DNA of 64,000 nt, taken from positions 800,001-864,000 of the forward strand of contig OY970296.1 in NCBI GenBank assembly GCA_963716175.1. The letters are read 5' to 3'. Positions 41,933 to 52,534 of this stretch are shown one piece after another. The translations under genes and the position numbers were made by a program. The notes beneath the pieces are model-generated. The model had not been told where the DNA came from. It saw only the letters and a list, made by a program, of their open reading frames with translations, and searched no databases. How positions within the stretch are numbered: the stretch's first letter is position 1; every line of letters starts with the position of its first letter. The stretch comes from an uncultured Armatimonadetes bacterium (GTDB lineage Bacteria > Armatimonadota > Hebobacteria > Hebobacterales > Hebobacteraceae).

Positions 41933-43646
41933 CGGTCACCGGCACCGTGAAGCTGAAGGTAGACCCCTCCCCGACCACACTCTCGGCGGAGACCTGCCCC
42001 CCGTGGGCCTCTACGATAGAGCGCACGATCGCCAGCCCGAGGCCGGTGCCCCCGGCTCGCCGGTCGCGGGAGGAGTCAGCGCGATGGAACCGCTCCCAGA
42101 TGTAGGGGATCTGATCCGCCGCGATCCCGCTGCCCGTGTCCCGTACCTCCACCCTGACAAAGCCATCGGTAGGCCTGGCGGCGATCGCGATCTTGCCTCC
42201 CTCCCGGTTGAAGCGAAGCGCATTAGAGACCAGGTTGACCAGCACCTGGTAGATCCGATCCGGGTCGGCGCGCACCTTGGGCAGCTCGCCCGGCAGATCG
42301 AACTCGACCGCGATCCCGCGGTCCCGCGTCTCGCTCTCCAGGCCCTCCAGAGTCCCTCGGATCAGGGCCGGCAGATCAACCTCCTCCAGGTCCAGCTTCA
42401 CCGCGCCGGACTCGATCCGGGAGAGGTCGAGCAGGTCGTCCACCAGGCGGCTCAGCCGCCCCACTTCCCGGACGATGCGGGAGGCGCTCTGCATCCGTTC
42501 CGCCTCCGTCTCCGCGGTGCCATCGGCGATGGCCGCGGCGAAGCCGCCGATCGCGGTGAGGGGAGTCCGGATCTCGTGGGAGGCATCGCTCAGGAAGCGG
42601 CGGCGCATCTCGTCCAGCCTCCTGGCTTCGGTGACATCGCGCAGCACCGCCACTGCGCCCCAGCCCTCAGCTTCACCCACCGGCACCGGCGCCACCTGCA
42701 GCACGAGGTGACGCGGCGGGTAGGCCAGCGCGAATTCGGCCCCGCAGAGAGCATTGGTGCGCAGGCAGGTCACGAACTGCTCGCTCACTTTGGGCGGCAG
42801 CAGGAGGTCGTCTATGCTCGTACCCACTGCCTGCTCCTCCCTCACACCCAGCAGCGACGCGGCCTGGGGGTTGATCAAGGTCACCCTGCTCTCCGCGTCC
42901 ACCGCGATGATGCCCTCGGCCACAGAGGCCAGGATGCCGCGCAGGCGCGCCTGCTCCTCCCGCAGCTCCCCCAAGGTAGTGCGAAGGCTGTCGGCGAGGG
43001 AGTCGAACGAGGCGGCCAGCGCGCCCACCTCGTCCCCAGGTTTCAGTCCCAGCCGCTGGCTGAAGTCACCCTTGGCCATCTGCCCGGCGAGCCGCCTCAT
43101 CCGCCGCAGGGGGCCCGAGATCCGCTCCGAGAGGCCCAGGGCCACCAGCAGGGACAGCGCCACCGCCACCAACCCGGCGTACAGCACCTGGCGGCGCAGC
43201 TGCCTCACGGTGGTGTCCACCGCCGCCGTCAGGCTGGCGCGCACGTATAGCCACCCGTGTCCGCCAGGCAGGGCGGCCTTCGCCAGCAACATGCCCCGTC
43301 CGCAGGGGGTGACATGACAGATGGCGGTAGTGCCCGCCCGCACCTGGCGAGAAGGCGGCCCGCTCGCCTCCTGCTCGCCCGGCTTCAGCGCCACCAAACT
43401 GATCTCGGTACGACTGCTCGCCTCCAGGAGCTGTCTGACATCCTCGAGCTCTTGCCTGCGCGCTGGGTCAGCTACGAAGGGGGCGAGCTGCTTGGCCATG
43501 CTGCTGGCGCGCTGCGCCAGATCTCTGGCGGCCATGTCCATGTAGAGCCGGTTGAAGGCGCTGGAGAGCAGCAGGTTTACCGTGGCCAGCGCGATCAGCA
43601 GGGCCAGCAGGTGCGCCAGGAACATCTTCGAGAACAGACTGCGCAT
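41919..43646 (-). CDS. HAMP-PAS sensor histidine kinase
   Basis: SHEIRTPLT, NLVSNA, DTGSG, GTGLGL. Confidence 0.93.
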   Translation of the reverse strand: MRSLFSKMFLAHLLALLIALATVNLLLSSAFNRLYMDMAARDLAQRASSMAKQLAPFVADPARRQELEDVRQLLEASSRTEISLVALKPGEQEASGPPSRQVRAGTTAICHVTPCGRGMLLAKAALPGGHGWLYVRASLTAAVDTTVRQLRRQVLYAGLVAVALSLLVALGLSERISGPLRRMRRLAGQMAKGDFSQRLGLKPGDEVGALAASFDSLADSLRTTLGELREEQARLRGILASVAEGIIAVDAESRVTLINPQAASLLGVREEQAVGTSIDDLLLPPKVSEQFVTCLRTNALCGAEFALAYPPRHLVLQVAPVPVGEAEGWGAVAVLRDVTEARRLDEMRRRFLSDASHEIRTPLTAIGGFAAAIADGTAETEAERMQSASRIVREVGRLSRLVDDLLDLSRIESGAVKLDLEEVDLPALIRGTLEGLESETRDRGIAVEFDLPGELPKVRADPDRIYQVLVNLVSNALRFNREGGKIAIAARPTDGFVRVEVRDTGSGIAADQIPYIWERFHRADSSRDRRAGGTGLGLAIVRSIVEAHGGQVSAESVVGEGSTFSFTVPVTDGRS

Positions 43647-43650
43647 GGGC

Positions 43651-44364
43651 TCAGCGGGTCTCGAACTTGTACCCTAATCCCCACACCGTGGTGATGGCAA
43701 AGGAGCGCTTCTCGGCGGCCCTCGTTTTCTGGCGCAGGCGCTTGATGTGAACATCCACGGTGCGCGCGTCCGACTCCGAGTCATAGCCCCAGATCTTGTC
43801 CAGCAGCTCGGCCCGGCTGAACACCCGGCCCGGCTGGCTGGCCAGACACCACAGCAGGCGGAACTCCGTCGGGGTGAGATGGACCTCTTCCCCGTCCACC
43901 TCCAGGCGATGCTGGGTGCGGTCAATGCGCAGGCCCGGGAAGGTCAGCGTCTCCGCCTCCTCCCCGGCCGCCGCCCCCCGCCGCAGCACCGCTTTCACTC
44001 GCGCCACCATCTCCCGGGGGCTGAACGGCTTGACCACGTAGTCGTCCGCGCCCAGCTCCAGGCCCACAATCCGGTCCACCTCTTCGGAGCGGGCGGTGAG
44101 CATGATGATGGGCACGCGGGAGGTGCTGCGAATCTGGCGGCACACCTCCCAGCCGTCCATGCCAGGCAGCATCAGGTCGAGGATGATCAGATCGGGGTGG
44201 TGCTCGCCATTCAGCCGCAACGCTTCCCGCCCGTCCTTGGCCGGGATCACCTGGAAGCCTTCCTTGCTGAGGTAGAGGTCAACCAGCTCCCGGACGGACT
44301 CCTCGTCGTCCACCACCAGCACCTTCCGTCCCTGCCCGGCGCGCGGCTTCTCGCTCGCCTTCAT
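43651..44364 (-). CDS. OmpR-family response regulator
   Basis: VVDD, LDLMLP, KPFS, RTVDVHI. Confidence 0.95.
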   Translation of the reverse strand: MKASEKPRAGQGRKVLVVDDEESVRELVDLYLSKEGFQVIPAKDGREALRLNGEHHPDLIILDLMLPGMDGWEVCRQIRSTSRVPIIMLTARSEEVDRIVGLELGADDYVVKPFSPREMVARVKAVLRRGAAAGEEAETLTFPGLRIDRTQHRLEVDGEEVHLTPTEFRLLWCLASQPGRVFSRAELLDKIWGYDSESDARTVDVHIKRLRQKTRAAEKRSFAITTVWGLGYKFETR

Positions 44365-44657
44365 GCTTGCCCCTGTCCTTCCGCCTCTCCCTGGACGCTG
44401 GCGGCCGCTGCCAACTCCTCCTCCAGCGCCTGCCGCACCCGGCTCCGCACCAACACCCGGCCCATCATCTTCAGCTTCCCATTCACCACCAGCGCAGGCG
44501 GATTGACCACCCCGAAATCCAGCAGCTCCTCCATCCGATCCACCTGCTCCACCTTCGCCTCCGGCAGGGCGATCTCGGCCACCAGCTCATCCACGATCTT
44601 ACGAAGCTGCTTGCAGAAATAGCAGCCCTTCCCGATGATCTTGATCTCTAACCCCAT
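44361..44657 (-). CDS. MTH895/ArsE-type thioredoxin-like protein
   Basis: IKIIGKGCYFC, GVVNPPALVVNG. Confidence 0.85.
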   Translation of the reverse strand: MGLEIKIIGKGCYFCKQLRKIVDELVAEIALPEAKVEQVDRMEELLDFGVVNPPALVVNGKLKMMGRVLVRSRVRQALEEELAAAASVQGEAEGQGQA

Positions 44658-44674
44658 GTCAACATGCCCACACC

Positions 44675-44705
44675 ATTATACACCTGCCTCGCGCGCCCGA
44701 GCAAG
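44675..44705 (-). promoter_or_regulatory. Sigma70 promoter of the trx-RR-HK-alr operon
   Basis: TTGCTC-N18-TATAAT. Confidence 0.5.
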
Positions 44706-44745
44706 CAAGAGCCAAGGTCGGCACTGAGAAGAAAGTGCGGCGGTT

Positions 44746-44863
44746 GTAGGGCGGGCATGTCGGAGTTTACCCTGAGCGGAATCGAAGGGCATGCCCGCCG
44801 GCCTGGTGCGTTCGCCCCCGCCTGTCCGCGACCCGACGCGTAGGGCAGGTCCGCGACCTGCCC
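44746..44863 (+). repeat. Two GTAG-type REP palindromes
   Basis: GTAGGGCGGGCATG...CATGCCCGCC (44746-99); GTAGGGCAGGTCCGCGACCTGCCC (44840-63). Confidence 0.7.
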
Positions 44864-44954
44864 ACTTCTCAGTCGCGCGCCGGGCGCCCTCGTGGTGAGG
44901 ACGCCCGACGCCGCTTCCTATTTCCCCGATGCTGGCCGTGGCCCTACCGGGGTC

Positions 44955-47704
44955 TTACTTGGCCTTGAAGGCGACCGCGAAGAGCGACAGGTCCGTCGGA
45001 GGGCCGCCCTTCGGCATAGGGCAAGCACCGATTACGAGACTGTTCTTCGGGTCGATCTGAGTGGTCACATTGACCCACTTGCCGCCAACCCAGTGTAGCA
45101 GAACCAGTCTTCCGTCCTTGCCCCCCGGCACCAGGGAACGGTCGTAGTGGATGGTGACCTGAGCTCTGCCCCGAACCGACGCCGTTGTCGTGATCTTGTA
45201 GGGATCGCTGATCCACGCATAGCCAGCCGGTGGGGGGGTACGGCCGGGACGAAGATAGCCGTATGCCCGGCTGCGGTCACCAGGCTGAAAGTAGCTGTCG
45301 CACCGCCGACCCCCACCAACACCGCGAGCCCAGGCTTGGTGTTCGGGGTCCACCACACGGGCAAGAGGTCCCTCGAGTGGTTGTAGGTAAGCCGCACCGG
45401 GGCGCTGGAACCGTCCGCCTTCACCTCCCAGAGCTCGACGCCGGTTTCGAGCTTGCCGTTGACCCACTCTGGATCCGGAGCCAGGTGGTGCCCCGAGGCG
45501 AAGATGATGCCACTCCCATCGGAGGCCCAGGTCGGGAGGCCAGGACTCGCGCAGCACGCGTAGTCCATGAGTGCGGTGAACAGCGGCGTCAGCACCCCGC
45601 CGCTGGCCGCGATCACGCCAATGCCCTGCACGGCGTTCCCCTCCGCGTCCCCGGCAGCGAAGCCCACAGCCAACCGGCTCCCGTCAGGAGACCAGCCTCC
45701 CGCATCGAGGTAGATATCGTCGTAGCCGGGATAGCCGGCGATGCCCGCGGCGACCACAGGGTGGTTCTCACTGCCGTCGGGCCGCACCAGCCACATGCCC
45801 ACCGTCTCCGGGCCGGCAGGGCCGAACCGGTAGGCGATCCAGCGGCCGTCGGGGGACCACCGCGGGTATCGGTGTTCGCCGCCACCCGTGAGTATGATCT
45901 GCCCACCGGACCCATCTGCACCCATCACCTGCAGGTCAGGGTAGCCTTCGGGACTGTGGCTCGCGAGCACGAGACGTGTGCCATCCGGCGACCAGTCGCC
46001 GTCCGTGGACCCGACCACGCCGGGAAGGCGGGACGGTGCGGCGCCGTCGAGCGTGTCGATCCAGGTGCCGAAGGTACCGCCGCACAGCAGCTTCGTACCA
46101 TCCGGCGACCAGGCAATGGCTTCCGCCAGTACCGGTCCGAGCCAGGTGTGGACGTTAGGGTTGCGGCTGTACTGCGAGATGCCGATGCCGCAGCAGGCGG
46201 TGTACGCAAGCCGGCCCGGCAGCCGGGGCCCCCTCGTCCAGGCCAGCACCGGGTCGTACACCGCGAAGAGGCCGATTACGCCCTCTCCGTCGTGGAAGGA
46301 CACACGCGCATCCCCGGATGGGTCAGGTGCCAGGTCACGCCACTGCCAGAGGTACCACTTGTCGGCGTACCCACGCTGAAGACCCGGTCCAGCGTAGGTG
46401 AGCTCGGATATCCCTGGCAGGCTCCATCCGACCCCGCCGTCCCAGAGCGCCACCGGGTTGCTCTCCTCGAAGACCATTACCGAGGACGATCCCGCCTCTG
46501 TGCTGGACCAGCGGAAGGTGGGCGCGGTCTCGGGAATCGTGCTGCTGGGGGCGGGGTAGAGGATGGTCTGACTGGGTTGCAGGAACGCCGGGGGAAGCCC
46601 GGAGGTCGCGGTGTCAGACTGACCGTAGGTGTCGTACACCGTTACTGAGTAGGGAGCTGAGACAGGTGAGTCGAGTGTTCCCCACCAGCTGCCCAGCACG
46701 GTCAGCGCATCCGCCTGAGACCATCCGGGCGAGCCCGGCAACAGCGTGATGGTCTGCCAGTCGGGTGTGGTCACGACGATGCTCGCCAGCGCGGCCGCGC
46801 CGCCCGTTGCCGGGTTACGCACGCGAACGCTGACGCCCTGTGAGTAAAGGTAGAAGCCGCTGCCATACGCGTCCCGGACGCGGGTGATGTCGACCTGCTC
46901 GATGGCGGGCGGCCCGGCGACAGTGAAGCCCGCGTCCGCACGTGTCTGCTCGACATAGCTGCCGGGAGGGCCACCCTCAAGCGGTGCGAGCGGGACCTCG
47001 TACCCGTTCTCCCAGAGCTGGAAGGTGTAGCTCTGCCCCGGCTGAAGGGGCAGCGCGCTTCCGTCAAAGCCATACGCGATGGCGTGAAGGCCGGGGGCGA
47101 CGTTGCAGTTCCACAGGAATATGCTTTCGTCCGGAGTGCTGACAGTGATTCCCTGCGAGCTGATCGGGGTCGCTCCCTCACAGGTGAAGCCGCCGTACTG
47201 CGTCCACTGGAGCAGCGGCTCCATCTCCTCGATGACTGAGCCCGGAGTCGGGTACTCGATGTGCGGCACCGGCTCCGGGAAGTGCGTGACAGGACCGGCG
47301 CGGAAGGTGGTCGCGCCCGAGTCCCCCACGACGGTTACGGTGTAACTGCCGCCGCCAGCCGGCATCTCCGGTGGCGCAGGGCACTCCCAGCCAGCGCACA
47401 CCGCTACCTCAGTGCCGGGCTCGCCGCAGACAGGAGAGAATCCGAGCAGCTGCGGCTCTCCGCCCGCGGGAGGTTGTACAGAAACGCCGGTGACAGTGGC
47501 CCGCTCTGCGGCGCTCGCGAAGCGGATGCCAAACTGGTAGGCGTAGCGGGGCAACGCATCACCGGACCTGAGCAGCGTCACGTGGTGAAGCTTGTAGCCC
47601 TCCACAGTCGGTGCGGCCCAGCCCATGGCCGGGGCCGCGAACAGCAACGCCAGAGAGCACAGCAGGAACAGTACAGCTACAACTGAGACACCGCGCATCT
47701 TCAT
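44955..47704 (-). CDS. Secreted TolB/PD40 beta-propeller protein with Ig-like domains; frameshift at G7 run 45232-45238
   Basis: Signal peptide; four WSPDG repeats; C-terminus continues in the frame of ORF 44955..45557. Confidence 0.8.
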
Positions 47705-48263
47705 CCCCCCTACGACGGTGGTCTGGCTGAAAGTCAGCCAGTGATCGAACGATCCGTCATGATGCGGCGGTCTGCGTCTGACCCCCTCAGGGGTGGCTCA
47801 TCTGCGGCTGCCCTCATGACCGGATGCTGCCGAAGCATACCAGCAAGGGGCATCAGCGGGGATGAGGCGATGGTCCTGGGTGGCAGTCCCGTTTTCTTGG
47901 GACCCGGGTCGGCTTCTACAGCAGCACACGCGAGGAACGAGCCGCTGGCTGAGGGGCGGTCAATCTGGCGCCACTCGGCGCTCGATGCGGAGCAACCGGT
48001 TGCAGCGGCCGTCCGCAACTCCAGGGGAGACAGCAGACACAGCAGAAGCCGCCTCATCGTCCCCCTCCTCGTCCGCCAGAGACAGACCCAGGGTCCTGTC
48101 GCCTGACCCAGACGGGCTGGGGCCGATAGGGAGGCGCGAGATGAGGCTGTGGTTCACAGCGCGGAGGCTAAGCTCCGGCCCTCACCGACTGGGGGCGAGT
48201 TCGCCAGACCTGGGAGCAGCTCCTGCTGCCGCGCGTTCACATTGTCGCGCACGTTCGGTCCGA

Positions 48264-49046
48264 TCACGCCCCGGAGGGCTTCCGCGCCACCGCCAGCAGC
48301 GACACGCCCAGCGGCAGGTTCCAGCGCAGCGCCCACCGGTGCTCCAGCCAGAGCAGTGCAATCAGCAGCCAGTTGATCGAGCGGGGCGGGACGATGAAGG
48401 CGGTCTCGGGATGCGCGTTCTTCCTGGGCAGCAGCCGCTGCAGCAGCCGCAAGGCCGCAATTGGTAGCAGCAGTAGTGTGATCAGAGGCGTCAGGCGCTG
48501 GACCTGGAGGCCCGCCTCCTCCAGAATGCGTCGCAGCCGCGCCCCCTGATACCGGCGCAGGTGATCCAGCGCCTCGTCGTGTTCGCTCCACAGCCAGGGA
48601 AGGGCCGGCACGGTCACCAGCAGCAGGCCGCCCGGTCGCAGCGCCCGGGCGAACTCCGCCGCGGCCGCGGCGTCATCGGGAATGTGCTCCAGCAGGTCCA
48701 GCGCGGTGATCACATCCACCGAGCCATCGCGCACCGGGAGCGCTTCGCCACGCGCCTGCACCAGCTGGTATTCGCCGCGCCGGCGGGAATACCAAAGCGC
48801 CTGGGGAGAGCTGTCTATTCCCACCACGAAGGGCGGGCGTCGGTTGCCCGCTGTCTTCTCGCCGAACTCGGCCAGCACGCCCAGGGTCGCGCCCGTGCCG
48901 CAGCCCACGTCGAGTATTCGCACCCCCGGGCCGCCGACGCCTGGGAGGTAGCGCGCCAGCAGATCGCGCACCAGCCGCCGCCTGGCCACGAACCACCAGT
49001 AGCTGTCCTCCAGCCGGAACATCTTCTCCAGTTCGGAGGCTCGCAC
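48264..49046 (-). CDS. Class I SAM-dependent methyltransferase
   Basis: EDSYWWF, ILDVGCGTG, LDLLEHI, WSEHDE...HLRRY. Confidence 0.9.
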   Translation of the reverse strand: MRASELEKMFRLEDSYWWFVARRRLVRDLLARYLPGVGGPGVRILDVGCGTGATLGVLAEFGEKTAGNRRPPFVVGIDSSPQALWYSRRRGEYQLVQARGEALPVRDGSVDVITALDLLEHIPDDAAAAAEFARALRPGGLLLVTVPALPWLWSEHDEALDHLRRYQGARLRRILEEAGLQVQRLTPLITLLLLPIAALRLLQRLLPRKNAHPETAFIVPPRSINWLLIALLWLEHRWALRWNLPLGVSLLAVARKPSGA

Positions 49047-49086
49047 CGCGCCGCTACCTCTCTGCGATCTCTGCGGTGAGCTGCCG

Positions 49087-50112
49087 CTACACGATCAGCA
49101 TGGCATCGCCGAAGCTCAAGAACCGGTACTCCCGCTCCACCGCCTGGCGATAGGCGCGCAGGATCGTCTCTCTGCCCGCGAAGGCGCACACCAGGAGCAG
49201 CAGGGTGGATCGGGGCAGGTGGAAGTTGGTAAGTAGCGCCCCCAGCGCGCGGAACCGATAGCCGGGGGTGATGAACAAAGCGGTCTCTCCATCACCCGCG
49301 CGCACCCGGCCGGCCTCTTCCATGGCTGACTCCAGGGCGCGGGCCGTGCTCGTGCCGACCGCTACTACGCGCTGACCTGCCGCCACCTGCTCGGATACCC
49401 GGCGAGCGGTCTCGTCCGGGAGGTGATAGCTCTCGACATGCATCTCATGGTCTTCGACGTGAGCAGTGTGAATGGGGCGGAAGGTGCTCACCCCGACATG
49501 CAGGGTGAGTGACACCACAGCTCGCACCTTTGCCGCCACCGCCCCCAGCAACTCCGGGGTGAAGTGAAAGCCTGCCGTCGGGGCCGCGCTGGCCCCCGGC
49601 ACGCGGGCGTAGACGGTTTGGTAATCGCCATCGTCCTGGAGCGCGCGATGAACGTAGGGAGGCAGCGGCACCTCGCCCAGTTGCTCCAGCCGCGCGCGTA
49701 CGTCACCCGAGCCGGAGAAGCGCAGCAGGCGCCCTCCTGCCGCAGTCCGCGCCAGCACCTCCGCCCACAGCTCTCCCTCGCCGAACACGATGCGCCGGCC
49801 CGGCAGCAGGCGCCGACCAGGGGTTGCCAGCGCCTCCCAGACACCTTCTTCGCGCTCGGCCAGCAGCAGCACCTGGGCGCTGCCCCCGCCGGGATAGCGC
49901 CGGCCCAGCAGGCGGGCGCGGATCACCCGGGTGTCGTTCAGCACCACAATGTCCTGCGGGGTGAGGTAAGAGAGGAAATCCCGGAAGCCCCGGTGCTCGA
50001 TCTCTGCGCTGGCGTGGTGCAGCACCAGCATGCGGGAGGAATCACGCGGGCGAGCCGGCTCCTGGGCGATCAGGTGGGGAGGAAGATCGTAGTCGAAATC
50101 CGCGGTGTCCAT
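49087..50112 (-). CDS. queA: tRNA preQ1 SAM ribosyltransferase-isomerase
   Basis: FDYDLP, NDTRV, PLPPY, AAPTAG, TNFHLP, SFGDAM. Confidence 0.95.
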   Translation of the reverse strand: MDTADFDYDLPPHLIAQEPARPRDSSRMLVLHHASAEIEHRGFRDFLSYLTPQDIVVLNDTRVIRARLLGRRYPGGGSAQVLLLAEREEGVWEALATPGRRLLPGRRIVFGEGELWAEVLARTAAGGRLLRFSGSGDVRARLEQLGEVPLPPYVHRALQDDGDYQTVYARVPGASAAPTAGFHFTPELLGAVAAKVRAVVSLTLHVGVSTFRPIHTAHVEDHEMHVESYHLPDETARRVSEQVAAGQRVVAVGTSTARALESAMEEAGRVRAGDGETALFITPGYRFRALGALLTNFHLPRSTLLLLVCAFAGRETILRAYRQAVEREYRFLSFGDAMLIV

Positions 50113-50187
50113 GCGCCGAGAGTCTTCGGCGCACCAGCTCACCCGTCCTGCCATCGGCCCCGAGCGATCCGGCCGGCGCAGGGCCGG

Positions 50188-50520
50188 CTAATCCGGCTCG
50201 CTCTCCCCGAAGATAGTGACGAAGCGGCGGGCGTAATCCTCTTCCAGCATGGCGAAGTGCTGCTCGAAGGCGAGCAACCAGAGCATGATGAAAGCTTGCT
50301 CCGGCGGGTGATCCAAGGCGCGTGAGAAGAACTCGCTCACGATCTCCTCATAGCTGTGCCCCCCATCCTCCCCGATCACGTAGGGAGGCCCCTCCCCCGA
50401 CTCCTGGTGCAGGCGGACCTGCATCCGGTCCAGGAAGTCGCGCACCGTCGCGGGGGTGGCCCGCTCCAGGCGGAGCCCGAACTCCTGCCGCACCAGCTCT
50501 CGGAATTCGACAATCGTCAT
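50188..50520 (-). CDS. Hypothetical protein
   Basis: Compact ORF within the operon. Confidence 0.65.
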   Translation of the reverse strand: MTIVEFRELVRQEFGLRLERATPATVRDFLDRMQVRLHQESGEGPPYVIGEDGGHSYEEIVSEFFSRALDHPPEQAFIMLWLLAFEQHFAMLEEDYARRFVTIFGESEPD

Positions 50521-50544
50521 GTGGTTCCCACCCGCCGCGGTCGT

Positions 50545-51084
50545 CTAGAAATCCGGTTCGATTAACCCGTAGTTACCGGCTTTTCGCCGGTAGAGGACAT
50601 TCACCTGGTCGGTTTCCGAGTTGATGAAAACGTAGAAATCGTGTCCCAGCAGCTCCATTTCGTCGGCCGCCTCGTCCGGGGTCATGGGCTTGAGGGGGAA
50701 TCGCTTGCTCCTCACCACCGCGGGCTGCGGGACCTCGGCCGGTTCCTCGTCCGGCAGCAGCTCCGCCCAGGCCTCCCGGGTCTCCGGGGCCTCGCGATAG
50801 CGCTGGATCAGCTTGCTCCGCGACTTCTTGATCCTTCGCTCCAGCTTGTCCGCCAGGTTCTCCAGGGCCGAGCGGAAGTCTGCCGCCCGGTCCTCCCCCC
50901 GCACCAGCAGCCCATTGGCGTTCATCATCACCTCCACCACCTGCCACTGCCGCTCGTGAGAGCAAGTGATGTCCACCGTGTCAATCCCGGGCAGCAGTCG
51001 CTCCAGCTTGGTCAGCTTCCGCTGCACCAGCTCCTTGAAGTTCGCAGGTACCACTACGCCTTTGGCCGTGATATTGATCAACAT
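50545..51084 (-). CDS. hpf: Ribosome hibernation factor (long HPF)
   Basis: KPMTPDEA...MELLGHDFYVF...YRRKAGNYGLI. Confidence 0.93.
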   Translation of the reverse strand: MLINITAKGVVVPANFKELVQRKLTKLERLLPGIDTVDITCSHERQWQVVEVMMNANGLLVRGEDRAADFRSALENLADKLERRIKKSRSKLIQRYREAPETREAWAELLPDEEPAEVPQPAVVRSKRFPLKPMTPDEAADEMELLGHDFYVFINSETDQVNVLYRRKAGNYGLIEPDF

Positions 51085-52475
51085 CTCCCTACCTCACAAT
51101 CTGGACTGGAATCGGCCTGCTGGATCTTCCGCAGCAACACTACGGCCTGGGTCGCCACCCCCTCGCCGCGGCCGGTGAAGCCCATGCCCTCGGTGGTCTT
51201 GCCCTTGAGACTTACTCGTTCCACCTCCGTCTCCAGCGCCTCCGCCACCGCCCGCCGCATCTCCGGCAGGCGGGGGGCGATGCGCGGCGCTTCCGCGATC
51301 ACCACCGCGTCCAAGTTCTCGATCGCCCAGCCGGCCTCTCGCGCCATCGCGCCCACCCGGGCCAGAAGAGAGAGGCTGCTGATGGCGGCATATCGGGGAT
51401 CCGTGTCAGGGAACTGCTGGCCGATGTCGCCCGCGCCCATCGCCCCCAGCACGGCATCGCAGATGGCATGGCAGACAACATCGGCGTCGGAATGGCCCAG
51501 CAGGCCCCGTTCCCCCGGGAACCGCACCCCAGCCAGCACCAACGGTCGGCCCTCCGCGAAAGCATGTGCATCGAACCCGATTCCAGATCGGAAGGCCCTC
51601 TCCTTGCTCATCGTGTACTCGCCTTCGGACAAGGCCGCCGCCCGGCCGGCCGGCAAGCCCTCACGCCTGCCCTCCTGGCGCTGCCAGCCGATAGTACGCT
51701 CTGCCCGCCGCACGTCTCCCGCGTAAGTGACTTTGATATTGTCCGGATCGCCGTGCACTACATGCACGCGGTGTCCCAACCGCTCCACCAGGGAGGCATC
51801 ATCCGTCCCCAGAAAGCCGGCCCGGGCAGCGGCCTCGTGCGCCTCCACCAGCAGCGAGTAGCGGAACACCTGCGGAGTCTGCACCAGCCACAGCCGGCCG
51901 CGCTCCAGGGTCGCGGTCACCACGTCCTCTTCCGCCACCTCTTTCACCGTATCCGATGCCGGGAGCGCGGCCACCACCGCCCCGCGTCTCGCCGCTGCCT
52001 CCAGACAGCGCCGGACCAACCCGAGCCGCAGGCAGGGCCGCGCCGCATCGTGAACCAGCACCAGGTCGCAATCCGGGCTGACCTCGGCCAGTCCGGCGCG
52101 CACCGAGGCCTGGCGGTGCTCCCCGCCGGCCACCACGCGCTCGCTCCGTCCGCCCCCGGCCCGGATCAGTGTCCGGCGCGCCCGCTCCACTTCCGCTGGC
52201 GCCACCACCAGCACGATCTCGTCAATCTCCGGGCAGGCGCGGATGGTCTCCAGGGAATGCCACGCCAGGGGTCTGCCCAGCAGGGAGACAAAGGCCTTGC
52301 TGGTCGGGCTCACACTCGCAGCGCAACCGGTCTCACCCGCGGGCCCGGTGGCAGACTGCAGGCGGCGCCCCAGCCCCGCGGCCGCAATCACCGCGCTCAC
52401 CCGGCGCGAGGACCCGCAGAGAGGAGCAGGTGGAGAGTGGAGATTCGATGGCAAACGCCCCCCCTCTCCTGTCAC
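51078..52475 (-). CDS. ispDF: Bifunctional IspD/IspF (start uncertain)
   Basis: AAAGLG, VHDAARP, QTPQ, NIKVT; GFDAH, GHSDADV, GDIG, KTTEGMG. Confidence 0.92.
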   Translation of the reverse strand: MTGEGGRLPSNLHSPPAPLCGSSRRVSAVIAAAGLGRRLQSATGPAGETGCAASVSPTSKAFVSLLGRPLAWHSLETIRACPEIDEIVLVVAPAEVERARRTLIRAGGGRSERVVAGGEHRQASVRAGLAEVSPDCDLVLVHDAARPCLRLGLVRRCLEAAARRGAVVAALPASDTVKEVAEEDVVTATLERGRLWLVQTPQVFRYSLLVEAHEAAARAGFLGTDDASLVERLGHRVHVVHGDPDNIKVTYAGDVRRAERTIGWQRQEGRREGLPAGRAAALSEGEYTMSKERAFRSGIGFDAHAFAEGRPLVLAGVRFPGERGLLGHSDADVVCHAICDAVLGAMGAGDIGQQFPDTDPRYAAISSLSLLARVGAMAREAGWAIENLDAVVIAEAPRIAPRLPEMRRAVAEALETEVERVSLKGKTTEGMGFTGRGEGVATQAVVLLRKIQQADSSPDCEVGRC

Positions 52476-52534
52476 CTTTCCCCCCCAAGGTCCGGTTCGG
52501 GCCGGGGTGGCGGCCCGGAGGTCCTAGCCACTCG

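Noticed and set aside
47734-48157. Short ORF with good RBS (MRRLLLCLL...) or a riboswitch
   Set aside because: No family motif or recognisable RNA consensus; cannot be supported
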